In this document: positions 38,601-49,557 of the stretch, piece by piece
How the letters are laid out: every line of letters starts with the position of its first letter
Position numbering within the stretch: position 1 is the stretch's first letter
Origin: Gnetum montanum
Lineage: Eukaryota; Plantae; Gnetophyta
Direction of reading: 5' to 3'
Assembly: GCA_015680685.1 (NCBI GenBank)
Contig: MNCI01000449.1
Span: forward strand, 119,577 to 169,227
DNA length: 49,651 nt
Translations under genes and position numbers: made by a program
The notes under the pieces: generated by a model
The model's database searches: none
What the model was told of the DNA's origin: nothing
What the model saw: the letters and a program-made list of their open reading frames with translations, nothing else

Positions 38601-41600
38601 ATGCACAATCAATTTGGAGAAGATCCGAATAAGCATGATGTAGACTTCGATAGGGCAGAAGTGTTCTGGGCGGTGTGCATCCGATTGTTTTGAGATGCAC
38701 ACAATTCAGGAGCAATTGAGCTCCCTTCGGACCTGCCTCTTGGCCAGCATAAGATTGAACACATCCATGATATTGGGTCCCACAATATCCATGAATGTAT
38801 TAAAGAACTCAAGGCTCCAGCCGTCAAGACCAGGTGCCTTCCCTCCCGGCATGCTATTGATGGTGGCGGTGAGTTCCTGCCACGAAAAGGGGGCCAGCAA
38901 CCACATGTTGTCCTCCTCGTTCAGACATTTATGCCAATAATTTAGTGGTCATGGCAACATGGAGTTGTGCAGCCAATAATGGCAAGTGCCAGGTAACCAA
39001 ATCAATTGGGACAAGAAGAGATTTGGCCACCCCTTCCAGCCAAAGATTTGACCTAACCATGATAGTAATGCTGGACTTTCTCTAAAAGCTAGATGCCAAA
39101 ACAAGATAATCCTCTGAACCCTATATATTTTCTCTTAATTCCATCACTAATAAGGTTCATTTACTCTAATGAAATACATTTTATGTTTGCCAAGACATCC
39201 AGAAACAGGGAATCACAGTTCCAAACAGGCCCCACTGCTGATTGGGTTATACTATGTTTCCTTTTTGCTTTGCTTTATTATTAATTATGTGTGATAACCA
39301 TTTTATCAAGCCTAGCCTGCTTTTTGAGTGATTCCCATTTTGTCTTGAAAGAACATTCAGACGTTTTGTACAGTTTCAATTTGAAGTATTGCAACACCTA
39401 TCTCTTCAAAAAATAATGTAATATTGTGTCACAATATTTGGTAATATTTAGAATAAATTTCAATTTCCTATTCAGAGTTAAATACAAACATATTCACAAT
39501 GCTAACTTTTCTAAGATAGATTACCTCAACTGGATTGGAGTTAGAAACTAAATCAGGAATTTCAAACTTCTCATCATCAATACTATACGACCTGTTAAAA
39601 CAAAAAGTGTCATTACTAAAGTAAATTCTTTTTTTAACATTTTAAACTACAAGATACATTTTAATTTTCTTTCAGAACACTAACAATAAACCAGAATACC
39701 CAGAGGCTGTTCAAAATGAAACTTAAGAATATGTAAAACTTGAAACCCATTACAAAATATAAGTGTATCTATTTAGAAGCATAAATCATAAGAAACCTTA
39801 TACAAATAATGAAAAGAACAAAGTAACGAAATTAACTACAAATTCATACATCTGTAAAGTGTATAACCAAAACAGGAATAGTACCAACATCATGCTAACA
39901 AATATGGTCATATATGATATATCAACTAGCAAGAAGCTCAACCAACCAATACCATAACATCCATTAGAACACAGGTTTGAAAAATCGTAAAAGCTAAAAC
40001 ATGTTAACATTGTAATGAACTTATTTGCTTACTGAAACCAATTTAATATTTATAATGGAGCAAACCTCCAATTTATATTGGTGTGAACACTGGTGTTTAT
40101 ATCAAAGGCAGCCTAAGAAAACTACTATTTATATCAACAACAAACTTTACTGGGAAAAAGTTAAAAGAAGTACAACATGAGAATAAAGCTGAACAACTAT
40201 GATTTCAAATGAGGCAGGAGTCATGAGTTATAACAAGAGCGTTGTTTAAAAATATAAAAGAATAAAAAGAGAAAAGAGATTTTTGAGGGGAAAACCATAA
40301 AACAATGAAATTTCAATTTGCAGAGGCACATTTCATTAACCTGTCCAAAGCATTGAACTGTTTTGTATTCTCTTTCACACATTAACTTTTGGAGAAGGAA
40401 TTGAATTTTGCCATAGGTCTTTCAAAGGTTATCAAGTTTCTTGAGTTAATCATAACAAAGCCCTTGTCATCTTTTTACCATGAATTTGCTTAAACTTAAC
40501 TGTAGTCTAAATTGATTGAGTACAGCTCATAGTATCAATAGTTGTTTTACCTTTAACTTCACTCCTTAAAAAATGGGACTATAATTATTGGTTATGCGAG
40601 GTGCTGAGGATGTATCAATGTCAAAACCTTGAAAGGCAGTAGATTCTTCTTGCTTTTGATTAGCTTCTACAGCTAATTTGCAATATTGCAGAGTTGGGTA
40701 TTGAGTAAATAGGTAGACTTCATGGTAGTGATAAGTGGCTTAAGTGGTTAGTTCATTGACTGGTTAGGCAAGAGGTTTCCAGTTCAAGTCACACTTAAGG
40801 CATTATTATATTACTTTATAGTTCTTCTAAAGCATCATGTTAGTTAGATGTCTTAAGGTGTACTTATAGTTCTTCTAAAGCAGTACTTTACAACATCAAC
40901 TGTTCCAAATGTAAAACTGAAGTACAATAACCTCAATTGATATGCATCAAAAGTTCATGTTGCTTTCTCTACCTAAACTATTGCCTTAGGTAACAGTATC
41001 TATAATCATTTTTCAAAGAAACTGCATTAGAAAGGGAACAAAACATACTTTCCAATCTTTGCATTGATCCAGCTTAGCAAACTCTCAGCAGTGCGTGCAC
41101 CATCAATTCGTTCAATCCCATTTTGAACTTTTAGATCCCAACTACCAAAGGCAAACTGTGACGGTTTGCCCCACAAAAGCATGGGATAATGGGAAACTGA
41201 AAATCTATCACACAGCCTTGTGTTTACCTGTGCTGTCATAGAATGCCAAGGCATCAAACTTTTTGTATCCCGATTGCTATAAGGAAGCTCATCAAAAAAG
41301 CATAGAAAAGACCGTCAAAATATATCTAAAGAGTCATATTAAGAGAGCACGCTGATTCTAGAAACATAGTTACAATATGTAACAGATCCAATATTTCAAA
41401 GGAAAAATATCAAGGTGTGAGGTATCATAAATCACCAAATTGTATGTAGATTAAAATTCAGTTCAGCTCAAGAAAAAAAGGTACACATAAAATACATTTT
41501 TATAGGTGATTTGTAGACACATATAATCCTATTATGCTTCTTAAATACATTTTCCTGTACTGTCAATACAACATATATAAATTTGGGTAACCTATTAGAA

Positions 41601-44600
41601 TAGCCAGTTGATTTAACAATGGTTTTAACAAGAAGCTGTCAAGCTCAACACATATTTTTACCATGCCACACCATACAGAAGTGGACTTGAGCCTTAAACA
41701 TCGTATCAGGCTAAGCACATGAAACGTTGATAAAGAGAAAAATGAAAATCATATAATTCTAACTAGGGATCCAATATCATTCAGATAAAAAATATTGTAA
41801 AATCACAGACGAATATATAACACAAAGCAATGCTTGCTTTTATACCATGATTTCTGTTTTGGTTTTGCTTTCTTGTCTATTTCATGGTGCAGAATTCACC
41901 TCAACATATTTTATTGTGCTGTGTATGTGGTCATAAATTGTTAGATCCTTGGCCTTTTGACCTTTTAGTTATCTGTCCGTACTTGTTATCATTTTTTGGA
42001 AAAATAAAAATAAGATTTTACCAATACTTTCTTTACTTATTTATAGATCGTTAAAAGTTATCTAAATATTTGCCTTAGTTGTAAAGAGAACAGACCTTTT
42101 CAGCACAGTCCACCTTGACCATCAAAACAATGTCAGGATGCACAGCTTCACGACCATTGAAAAGCCTAGCAACTTTCTCGTAATGAGGCTGCCATATAAA
42201 TTTTCCAGTCAAACACAAATATGATCCATGGCATTATGAAACTGCCAGCCAAAAAAGCACCATCTGCATAGTTACCTTGTAATTTTGACAGGCAGGACAC
42301 CTGCAATAACATAAACCAGAACGTCCAAGAAAACTCAAAGACATGAAATTTTGGCACATCAAAATTTATATATTTTTCTTACATCAACCTATCAAGCTCT
42401 TACTAATTTTATTATTTAAAAAACATATAAACTGTAAACAAAACAAGTGCATTTAACAATCAGCATTTACATCTTAACAGTTTTTTCACACAGCTAATCA
42501 ACAGAAAACTATTATCAAACACTTGCATTTGTACAAAAAGCTTGAAATTTTCTAAAGAGCTAATGAACTAAAAAAGGAGGGAAGGAAAAACATACATAGT
42601 AATAAGAACGTTAAAAAGAAAAAAAAAAACATTATGCCCTCCATCACCATTGATTGCCAGGAGAATTTATCAAAGTTATCAAATTATCTAGTTCATGAAA
42701 TTTTTCATTCTGCATCAAAACAAAACAAAAGTTTACTTGGGTTTATAAACTTGACTTAAGGAAATGAAGATTGATGAGAGTTAACAGATGTTGCTGTAAA
42801 AATGCTTGTGAGAATGCAACCCATATCTTTATGCATTTCTCTGCAATAGCTCATAGTTGGAACAAAGTTACACTACCAAAAATATGCATTCTATAGTACC
42901 AAAATCCTTATACGGTTTTATTACATTCCAAATATGGAATCGTGGGTCATGGTATACGAATAAAATTTAGAGTGTTTTTCTAGCAGATGTGATTTCAACT
43001 TTGGAAAGAAAGAAATCTCTAAAATTTTGGAAAGATAAAAGCAACCTATAAAGAGTATAGTGGTTAGCAGTATAAAGTTGGAGGATTCATGAAAATGGCA
43101 CTTTAATGGTCATGTTGGATCTATGAAAATAGGATATAACAGGATTCATGAAAAACATGGATTTGGAGAGCACAACAATATGAGAGATTCACTATTGCAA
43201 TTTGCAAGTGCCTCTAACCTTGCAATTGCAACTACCGATTTCCAGAAAAGGACAAAACATTTAATTACATATAAGAGTGATATGGATAAAATACAAATTG
43301 ATTATTTCTTGATACACAAAAGAGACTACGCCATGTGTAAAGACTGCAAGGCTATACCTTGCAACTCAGCATTGATTAATGGTCATGGACTTAGCTATAC
43401 AGAGTTTCAAAGGTAGTATGAGAAAAGAAACTAAACGCATAAAATGGTAGAATTTGAAGAAAGACAGCATTACCTTATTCAGAGAATAATTACATCAAGA
43501 AGGCACCTGGAATTGCGATTGCTCTACAAATTTAATATCAAGCCAAATGGAAAGACTATTTTGGGTGAAATAAAAGGCAAAAAATACATCCCAAAGGAGA
43601 CATGGTGGTGGAGTGATGGACTGCAACATGCTATCCAAAACAAAACCCAAAAAAAAAATGCTTTAAGAAATGGCAACAAAGTAGAAACCAAGAAAATAGG
43701 TTGTTATACAAAATGGCAAAAAAGGAGGCAACAATAGTAGTAGCCAAAGCCAAACATAAGGCCTTGGACAGCTTTTATGAGAAATTAGGAACAAATGAAG
43801 GAGAAAAATCTACTTATAAATTGGCAAAAATCAGAAATAAGAAATGTATGGACATTGATCATGTCCAATGCATCAAGGAGGCAGATGAAAGAATTTTGGT
43901 AAAAGAAAATGAAATTTTTGATAGGTTGAAAAGTTGTTTTCAAAAATTATTAAATAAAAAATTTCCAAGAGAAAACATCCAAGAAGAAAAACTAGATTTT
44001 GGTTTGGTTAATGAGTTTTCCTTCTTTGAGGTGAAGAAAACTTTATCAAAGATGAAAAATGAAACAGTATTGGACCAAATAATGGAAGCTTGGAAAGCAC
44101 TAGGAGATCCAGGAGTTTCTTGGCTGACACAATTATTTCCCAGAACTTTGAAGGATGGAGACATACAAAACAATTAAAGAAAAAACATAGTTGTTCCCAT
44201 CTACAAAAATAAAGGAGATGTGCAAAATTGTGCAAACTAAAGAGGGATCAAGCTAATGATCCATATTATGAAGCTCTAGGAGAAAGTCATAGAGCAACAT
44301 CTCAGACTTGCACCAACAATATCAGAAAATCAATTTGGATTTATGCCAGTGAGATCTACTATAGAGGCTATTTTCTTAATATGACAACTAATGGAGAAAT
44401 TCAGAAAACAGAGAGAAAATCTACATATGATCTTCATTGACTTGGAAATAAATATATTAAAGTGATTCAAGACATATATGAAGAAGCTACCACTAAAATT
44501 AGAACAGCTTGTGCAACAACATCTGATTTTCCAGTCACAGTAGGTCTACATCAAGGGTATACACTTAATGAGTACTTATTTGCCATTATTATGGATGAAT

Positions 44601-47590
44601 TAACAAAGAAAATACAAAATGAAATCCCTCAGTGTATGCTATTTGCAAATGATATTGTGTTGGTGGATACAACTCAAGAAAATATTGCTTATAAAATGGA
44701 AAGGTGGAGACATGCTCTAGAATCAAAAGACTTAAAAATTAGCAGAAGTAAGACAAAATATATGGAATGCAATTTTAATAATAACATAAACAATGGTGAA
44801 ATAGACGTGACAATTCAAGGCTAACAAGTCCCTTGCTGCAAACAACTCCACTACCTAGGATCAATCCTTCAATCAAATGGCGAAATTGATACAGATATAA
44901 CAAATAGATTTGAGGCAAGATGGTCAAAATGGAAATAGGCTAATGGTGTTCTATATGCTAAAAGAATACCAATTAATGTAAAGAAAAAATTTTACAAAAC
45001 AGCAATCAAGCCTGCTATCTTATATGGTGCTGAATATTGCATAGTACAAAAGAGGCATGAACAATAAATCAGCATAGCAGATATGTGAATGCTTAGATAG
45101 ATGTCGAATGTTACCAGAAGAAATAAACTTCATAATACATACATTTGAGAATTGTATAGGAATTTAGAGTGGCTTCTATTTCAGATAAGTTATAGGAATT
45201 GTAGCTTAGATGGTTTGGGCATGTGCAAAGAAGATCAAACAATGAGCCTTAAAAAAAAAAGTTGCTACATCACTGTTCTAGGAAAGCTACCAAAAGGAAT
45301 ACCAAAAAAGATATGGGAAAAAAATAATTGAAGATGATTTGAAGAAACTACAAATAAACAAAGATCTAACTCTTTATAGAGGCAAATGGTGAAAAAGAAT
45401 TCATATAACTGACCCCATTTTGTTAAAACAAGGCTAGGATGATGATGATGAACCATAGTTAAACCTCAAATTTTAAGCTTTTAGTAAAAAAAATTTCTTT
45501 TAACCTGTCCAAAAAAGTTTTAAAAAGCAACAAACAACTAGACCACTGTATCATAAATGGGAACTTACACCTGTGTTGCCCTTCAGGAGAAGGGTTTGAA
45601 AATTTCTGTACTGAGTAAAATACAGAGAACATTTAAGAATTTTATGCCCTAGGATAATCTAGTTAACTGCAATTCCCCTTATACACCTTTGTCTGCATAA
45701 TTTCCATCAGCACAAAGATTATCACAAGGTTTGAAAACGACACACATCAATAGGATTTGCTCTCAAAAATTTCTTCTCTAACAACGTTCACACTGTCTAT
45801 GCTGATGGTTATATAAATGTTTAGCTAGAGGACATGAAAACTACTCAGGCAATAACAAGTCATCAGGCACCTTCATTTAAAAAAAAAAAATTGGCTTTTT
45901 CCGTTTTGTTAGGCATACAACGATGTGCTTTAGGGAAGTCAAAGAAAACATTTCTTCACATGACAAGATCCACAAATTTCTATCAATGATAGACATACTG
46001 GCTTGGAGAGCAATTTTTAGAACTTGGAAGTATTAATGACTTGCTGTTTCAGAAACAAATGAACTTAACATTAAGGTCCATCTTATTTACATAAAAAATG
46101 GTCTTGCTATTGACAACATGCCTTGAACCATATGGATTACAGGAGCATATCAGAAGATTGTGCGCAGTGGCACTTTGACTTCAATCTACAATAGTATGAA
46201 AAAAAATTCAGTTTTAGAAGATCACTGAGGATTCCAAAGAAACAGAATGTCAAATTTTGAAGATGGTTGCAGATTTCTTCTATCATGCAATTAAATTTTT
46301 TGAATATCACTATAGTCAGCAAGAATGAACCAGTTGAGTGCTCCAGTTTCTATCTACCTGAAGAAGCCAACAAAATTTTCCAAGATAGGTGTTACCAAAA
46401 ACTGACAAGAATCTAATTTGTAGTAAGGTTCATTGGTCCTGCTGGTTCTATTATTGATCATGTCATGGACTATTGAAGTTCCTAGTATGGTATCTTTAAA
46501 GTAGTATGCGTAAAGCAATTCCTAAAAGCAAGAATCAAATCCAAATCTTCTGTACAGGGAAGACATTCTGTAAGAATATTTGTTTTGGATAATCTAAGTA
46601 TTAACAACTACGGATAAAATTTTCTTTAATTACTCAAGAAAAGCGATTAAGGAGCACAATAAAGATTTGCTCATACGCTCCAAAACAAACGGCAGTCAAT
46701 ATAGCTTGATTTCATTTTGTTCCATTACTTACCGTCACTCCCTAATTTTTATGCCACCAGTTTGCCCAACAAGCACTTGAACGTGTATTTTAACCAAGGA
46801 ACAGGGTACCTGTGGAGCTCATCCTTGAACATAATGTTTATTTCGTAGAGGAAAAACATTACAAGAATACGATCATGTTTAAATGCTATTATTTCCGATA
46901 CGCATGCAATTCCGGAAAGAAAGACACGTTAGCCCTTTCAGATGAAAACAAAACCTCTCGTGTTTCCAATCTATAGTCCCTAGTTCGTAATGATGGTCTT
47001 ATTCCCCTCAAATCTCGTAGCTTTGAGTGAATTGTTCTATTAATTGTAAAATTCAAGAAGCCAATGCCAAACTCTTTAAAATTTAACCAGTATCATGAAT
47101 CAAGAAAAACTTACTTGGCCCTTCAAAAGCTAAGGTAAGCAACCTAGAGGCTCACAGTTATATAAATACATGTCAAATAGGCAATTAACAATCAACAAGG
47201 TGTAGTTGATTGGTAACCGAGCAGGTTATGCTGAAACTGAATTGTATGGGGCAGATCCTACGGGTACTCATGGAATTAACAGAAGAAACAGTCTCGGTTT
47301 GAGCATATATCATTGTACATTTCCATGAAATAAGGTAAGGAACAACGAAAACGAAAGTTAAGACTTTCGAAAACACAGCAATAACTAGCTTAACTTAGGA
47401 AGACCAACCAGTGCGCGAAAAATTCGACGAGGACGAAGGACTCGGGCGTGGCCCAGAGAGTGTTGTTGAAGTCGTCGTTGCTCAGCGAGACAGCCGCATC
47501 AGGCATTTGTTCTTTGTCATCCAGCACGCGGCCCCTTGCCGAAGCAACGGCGCTCACAATAATAACAGCAATTACAACACACAAATTCAT
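14300..47590 (-). CDS. QSOX: Quiescin sulfhydryl oxidase (QSOX; signal peptide + thioredoxin domain + Erv/ALR FAD domain + C-terminal TM), 12 exons, ~492 aa
   Basis: Hand-spliced exons, all GT-AG and frame-consistent (1479 nt): 47590-47409, 42300-42276, 42188-42096, 41227-41049, 39591-39525, 30235-30170, 30040-29967, 29889-29739, 22452-22412, 15065-14919, 14831-14768, 14689-14300. Motifs: FFAHWCPAC (Trx CxxC), FCRGS..TRGFSCGLWLLFHSL, FFVCEECRQHF (Erv CxxC), LWLWNAHNKVN, WPPKHLCLTC, TM GAAVAIAIASCGFGVVACCW. The ATG at 47590 is preferred because a signal peptide follows; in-frame upstream ATGs exist at 47620, 47653 and 47674. Confidence 0.93.
14768..14831 (-). CDS. QSOX: QSOX exon 11
   Basis: VQEPIKSQRDLVLWLWNAHNK, cag/gtgagt flanks. 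Confidence 0.93.
14919..15065 (-). CDS. QSOX: QSOX exon 10 (Erv domain CEEC)
   Basis: CGLWLLFHSLSVRVEDGES...FFVCEECRQHFSNMCS. Confidence 0.93.
15600..21474 (+). mobile_element. Near full-length degenerate L1-clade LINE (copy A): ORF1, ORF2, extra ORF3, G-rich 3'UTR, poly(A); in QSOX intron 9, antisense
   Basis: ORF1 from ~15619: DUF4283-like (GGPWFDRAHGLALARW, APIWVWILDLPLEFW) and zinc knuckle CAMYGKGHLTADC. ORF2 from 17116: MKILSWN, CLQETKL, DDFN, FTWSNRR, GPDGW, FRPI, KLDITKAYD, RQGDPLSPLLF, VDDT, zf-RVT (CLFC..QDHFL), WKCRDNLI, ending ~20168. A20 tail at 21455-21474. The 5' end is uncertain and may extend to ~15260. Confidence 0.92.
20173..21115 (+). pseudogene. LINE ORF3 of copy A (conserved N-terminal domain + charged segment; no J-domain seen)
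   Basis: ATG 5 nt after the ORF2 end. NEEL*EMIIRAGW...FFDNWVGDETKF...TLAEVIGMPTKGE...VWQNAAILIDRFFI...GVHFAFLQ...NMPCFFLDSLK...HPGVIMALW aligns by eye with copies B and C. Contains stops and frameshifts; the 3' end is approximate. Confidence 0.8.
22412..22452 (-). CDS. QSOX: QSOX exon 9 (41 nt, between two ~7.3 kb introns)
   Basis: VFCRGSRNTTRGF(S), aacag/gtatcc flanks. Confidence 0.92.
23087..24492 (+). mobile_element. 5'-truncated RTE-clade LINE with (GAT)n tail and 17-bp TSD
   Basis: VPIYKNKGDVHNCANY, KLMSHTMKLWER, NQFGF, FIDLEKAYD, FSDD, LKISKNKTEYM. Tail gatgatgatgat. TSD atgtatcaccatagaaa at 23070-23086 and 24493-24509. Confidence 0.93.
24881..27466 (-). mobile_element. Degenerate RTE-clade LINE (different subfamily), minus strand
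   Basis: Minus-strand RTE motifs (IYKLAK, IKCIKSDNDRIL, EMCMLRWM..TRKDQI..IRESLG) and (atc)n tail at 24879-24889. Probable 12-bp TSD ttctgccaRtRt at 24869-24880 and 27467-27478. Confidence 0.85.
27832..29480 (+). mobile_element. 5'-truncated LINE copy B consisting only of ORF3 (to stop 29315) and 3'UTR; QSOX intron 8
   Basis: FYKHWRGDSTTF...LQDANGFF*EPMPK...PKSTLLRLWQEV...HFTFLQ...QVNLPKFFLASL...HSSLILALW is homologous to ORF3 of A and C. It continues into a Q/E-rich segment and a degraded J-domain (LHPI at 29133-29144). No clear poly(A); boundaries approximate. Confidence 0.8.
28460..28741. repeat. Perfect 141-bp tandem duplication inside ORF3 of LINE copy B
   Basis: 28460-28600 = 28601-28741. 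Confidence 0.95.
29739..29889 (-). CDS. QSOX: QSOX exon 8
   Basis: CRRGSVDILVDFDEIWP...FHVCGRDVPQGHW, tag/gtagtc flanks. Confidence 0.9.
29967..30040 (-). CDS. QSOX: QSOX exon 7
   Basis: MIDMDSRAALIHFLQGLAVHHPSK(R), cag/gtattt flanks. Confidence 0.9.
30170..30235 (-). CDS. QSOX: QSOX exon 6
   Basis: IARAIYDIEEATGSIFDLFPAK, cag/gtggac flanks. Confidence 0.88.
31461..34679 (+). mobile_element. Non-autonomous/decayed Ty1-copia LTR retrotransposon with both LTRs; QSOX intron 5
   Basis: 5' LTR ~31461-31797 and 3' LTR 34328-34679 are similar (ttggaatagatagcaatg...). tRNA-iMet-like PBS tggcatcagagc at 31799-31810, purine tract aaagagggtgac before the 3' LTR, 5-bp TSD GATTT at 31456-31460 and 34680-34684. 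Faint RNase H-like remnants ~33060-33200. Confidence 0.85.
33942..34134. repeat. Perfect 31-bp inverted repeat (hairpin/MITE-like)
   Basis: tcatgttttgcaggacaaattgttcttgcaa (33942-33972) is the exact reverse complement of 34104-34134. Confidence 0.9.
34990..35751 (+). mobile_element. Very old, deleted L1 ORF2 remnant into which copy C inserted
   Basis: Scattered L1 motifs: SIRGLVND (EN start), LRGDFN at 35441-35458, KIVDDGITSFFGEPWI (IGDG..FW.DPW-like). Confidence 0.5.
35752..38930 (-). mobile_element. 5'-truncated L1-clade LINE copy C: RT + C-terminus of ORF2, then ORF3 with J-domain; QSOX intron 5
   Basis: ORF2: KAPGLDGW, QAGFVQGR, RRGLRQGDPLSPLLF, HYADDTMLF, YLGIPL, WKARNHTIF. ORF3 follows in one reading frame from ~37200 to stop 35824. 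N gap at 37356-37741. Confidence 0.92.
35824..37200 (-). pseudogene. LINE ORF3 of copy C: N-terminal domain + coiled-coil-like region + DnaJ (HPD) domain + His/CxC tail, ~459 codons, no frameshift
   Basis: ORF-track fragments 36721-36903, 36373-36576, 36139-36342 and 35824-36009 share one frame and are separated only by point stops. J-domain at 36081-35884: CPYLILGISCDSS*GELRCHIRRTLARFHPDGG...AMQGIQQAANFVDTEDHRNTLD. Confidence 0.85.
39525..39591 (-). CDS. QSOX: QSOX exon 5
   Basis: (K)SYSIDDEKFEIPDLVSNSNPVE, aacag/gtaatc flanks, phase fits neighbours. Confidence 0.85.
41049..41227 (-). CDS. QSOX: QSOX exon 4
   Basis: VNTRLCDRFSVSHYPMLLWGKP...LLSWINAKIG(K), cag/gtatgt flanks. Confidence 0.92.
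42096..42188 (-). CDS. QSOX: QSOX exon 3
   Basis: PHYEKVARLFNGREAVHPDIVLMVKVDCAEK, ag/gt flanks. Confidence 0.93.
42276..42300 (-). CDS. QSOX: QSOX exon 2 (25-nt exon carrying WCPAC)
   Basis: ttgcag|G TGT CCT GCC TGT CAA AAT TAC AAG|gtaact. Confidence 0.92.
43095..45451 (+). mobile_element. Degenerate RTE-clade LINE (end of EN + RT), same family as the 23087-24492 copy; QSOX intron 1
   Basis: FNGHVG, QIDYFL, ETWWW, YKLAKIR, VGLHQG, MLFANDIVLV, LKISRSKTKYM; ggctaggatgatgatgatga tail. An internal deletion at ~44448 removes KAYD. 5' boundary approximate. Confidence 0.9.
47409..47590 (-). CDS. QSOX: QSOX exon 1 (signal peptide, start of Trx domain)
   Basis: MNLCVVIAVIIVSAVASARG...VLVEFFAH(W); donor TG|gttggt. 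Confidence 0.85.
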
Positions 47591-48489
47591 GGCAACTACC
47601 GCAGAAGAAGGCACCACCATCAAAGAACCAGGAATGAATGAAGGAACATACATATGTAACCGATCTTGCACCATTCAATGCACTTGCACGCACTCGTTCA
47701 AATCAAATCAATTATCTGACCGATCCGCAACGCTGATGTTGTTATTGTTTATGTAACCAAACCCTAGGATCCCTTATGCAATGTAAAAACAAAAAACAAA
47801 AAAACTCTTGAAATTTATTAAACAATCTCCCGTGGGAACTGCATTGGATCCAGCAGCGTCAACATTAATTGTTAGAATTGGCCGTGTAAAATCCGCGACC
47901 TGCTGCAGCTCTTGTCGTTACTGTTAAAGTTTTTCTTTTCAAATTGCGGTAGCTGCTTCTGTGGATAATCTGACTGGCCGTTGTCTGCTCGTCGAAATGT
48001 GTAAAGTTAGTGAATTTTCGGTAAAACCAGTTATGTTAGGAATGTCTTATTTCAACGGCTTCGCTATTTTGGTCAACAAAAGCAACTCCGAAATTTTGTA
48101 TATTTTGTTTCCGTATCGTCATGCTCATGCTCATGCTCGTCACATGACATGGAGGAAACACGTCGTTGGCGGACCTCCAAACGCACAGTTGGTGACCCCC
48201 CTCCAAACCCATACCAACCCGCATTACCGGATTTTTGTTAATGAAATTTTTTACTTTAGTTGATGAATCTATAAGACTAGTGGCAAATTTCCTTTTTACC
48301 TGTGACTTAGAATTTTTTTTCATGGAATTTTTTTAAATTTTATAATTAAGCTAGTCATTGAATTCAACCCGTGACTTGGGGTTAACAACTTGTTGTAGCT
48401 AACAAACAAATAATAAATGAAAATGTTCACTTGGGTAATTAAAATCAACAAATGCTCCCAATTAGAACTTTGTCACTTAGCATTGCCCA

Positions 48490-48556
48490 CCAAAATTGAA
48501 TCCATAACTTGGAGCTTTCAAATCAAGAGTCTTACTACTAGGCTAACACCTCATGC
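48490..48556 (-). mobile_element. Putative tRNA-derived SINE head; related copies at ~3866-3930 and ~11612-11670
   Basis: Minus strand reads gaggtgttagcctagtagtaagactcttgatttgaaagctccaagttatggattcaatt, with A-box- and B-box-like motifs; the catRacttggagYtttYaaat core recurs three times. Confidence 0.5.
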
Positions 48557-49557
48557 AAAAATATTTTAAGATGGCAACCTAGTAAGCAACATAAATAGAA
48601 TGCAAGGTTTAGTAAAACATAAGATCTAAATGGAATTGAACTTGAAAATGTGAAGTTGGGCCTCAAGATTGAAAAATAAGAATTTACACCAACACAAAAT
48701 ATTTCCTTGAAATCAAACAAATAAAATCCTACCTCAAGTCAGAATTTTAAGATAAAAATCTACGACAACACAAAATTACTTGTAACATGAATCAATGTGT
48801 TCCCAGTTTTGTCACTGAACCTTTTTAGAAGTTATTATGTTTTAGTTCTACCAATGTAAATTTAAACCATTGTAATGGTTCCAAGTGTAATGGTGGGATT
48901 AAGAAAAGCAAATGACACTCATACAAAGTTGAAAGAGATCAAAACTCATCTACTTAATGGTCCCAAGTGTCACGGTGGGACTCAAAAAAAGAAATGACAC
49001 CTAGACAAAGCCAAAAGAGATTAGACCCCATTTACTTAACTTTGACATGTTATGGCTCATACTATTGAGCTATTTTCAAATAGAGAGATTATGCTAAAGA
49101 TTAGGTTTATGATCATGCCTTTTTACAATTGGTGGTAATGGTCATTCCTTTTGAGATTTTGAACCATTGTAAGTTCTATAAAAAGAATTTATAATATTTT
49201 GACTCTCGTTGACACATTTATTAAGAATGGTCTCAATGACATACTAGTTGAATAGAATGTCATGTGAATATACCAAGAATAATAGGTTCTCTTTTTAAGT
49301 GTAGGCCTTAGCCTAGTTGGTACATTCATGCGCTTTGCACTTTGAGGTACCACGTTCAAAGCCCAATACCAACACTCCAATATGCTAGCTTAGGAGATTA
49401 TTCTAAGTCTAGATGATGCAATCTAATCCTCTCAAAAAATAGTTACCACTCTACACTATCCTATCCAACACTACACTACTAATTCAAAATAAAATTGGTT
49501 CATTTTAATTAATTAGTTACCAAGCAAAAGCTAAAAATATTCATTAATAAAACTTAG

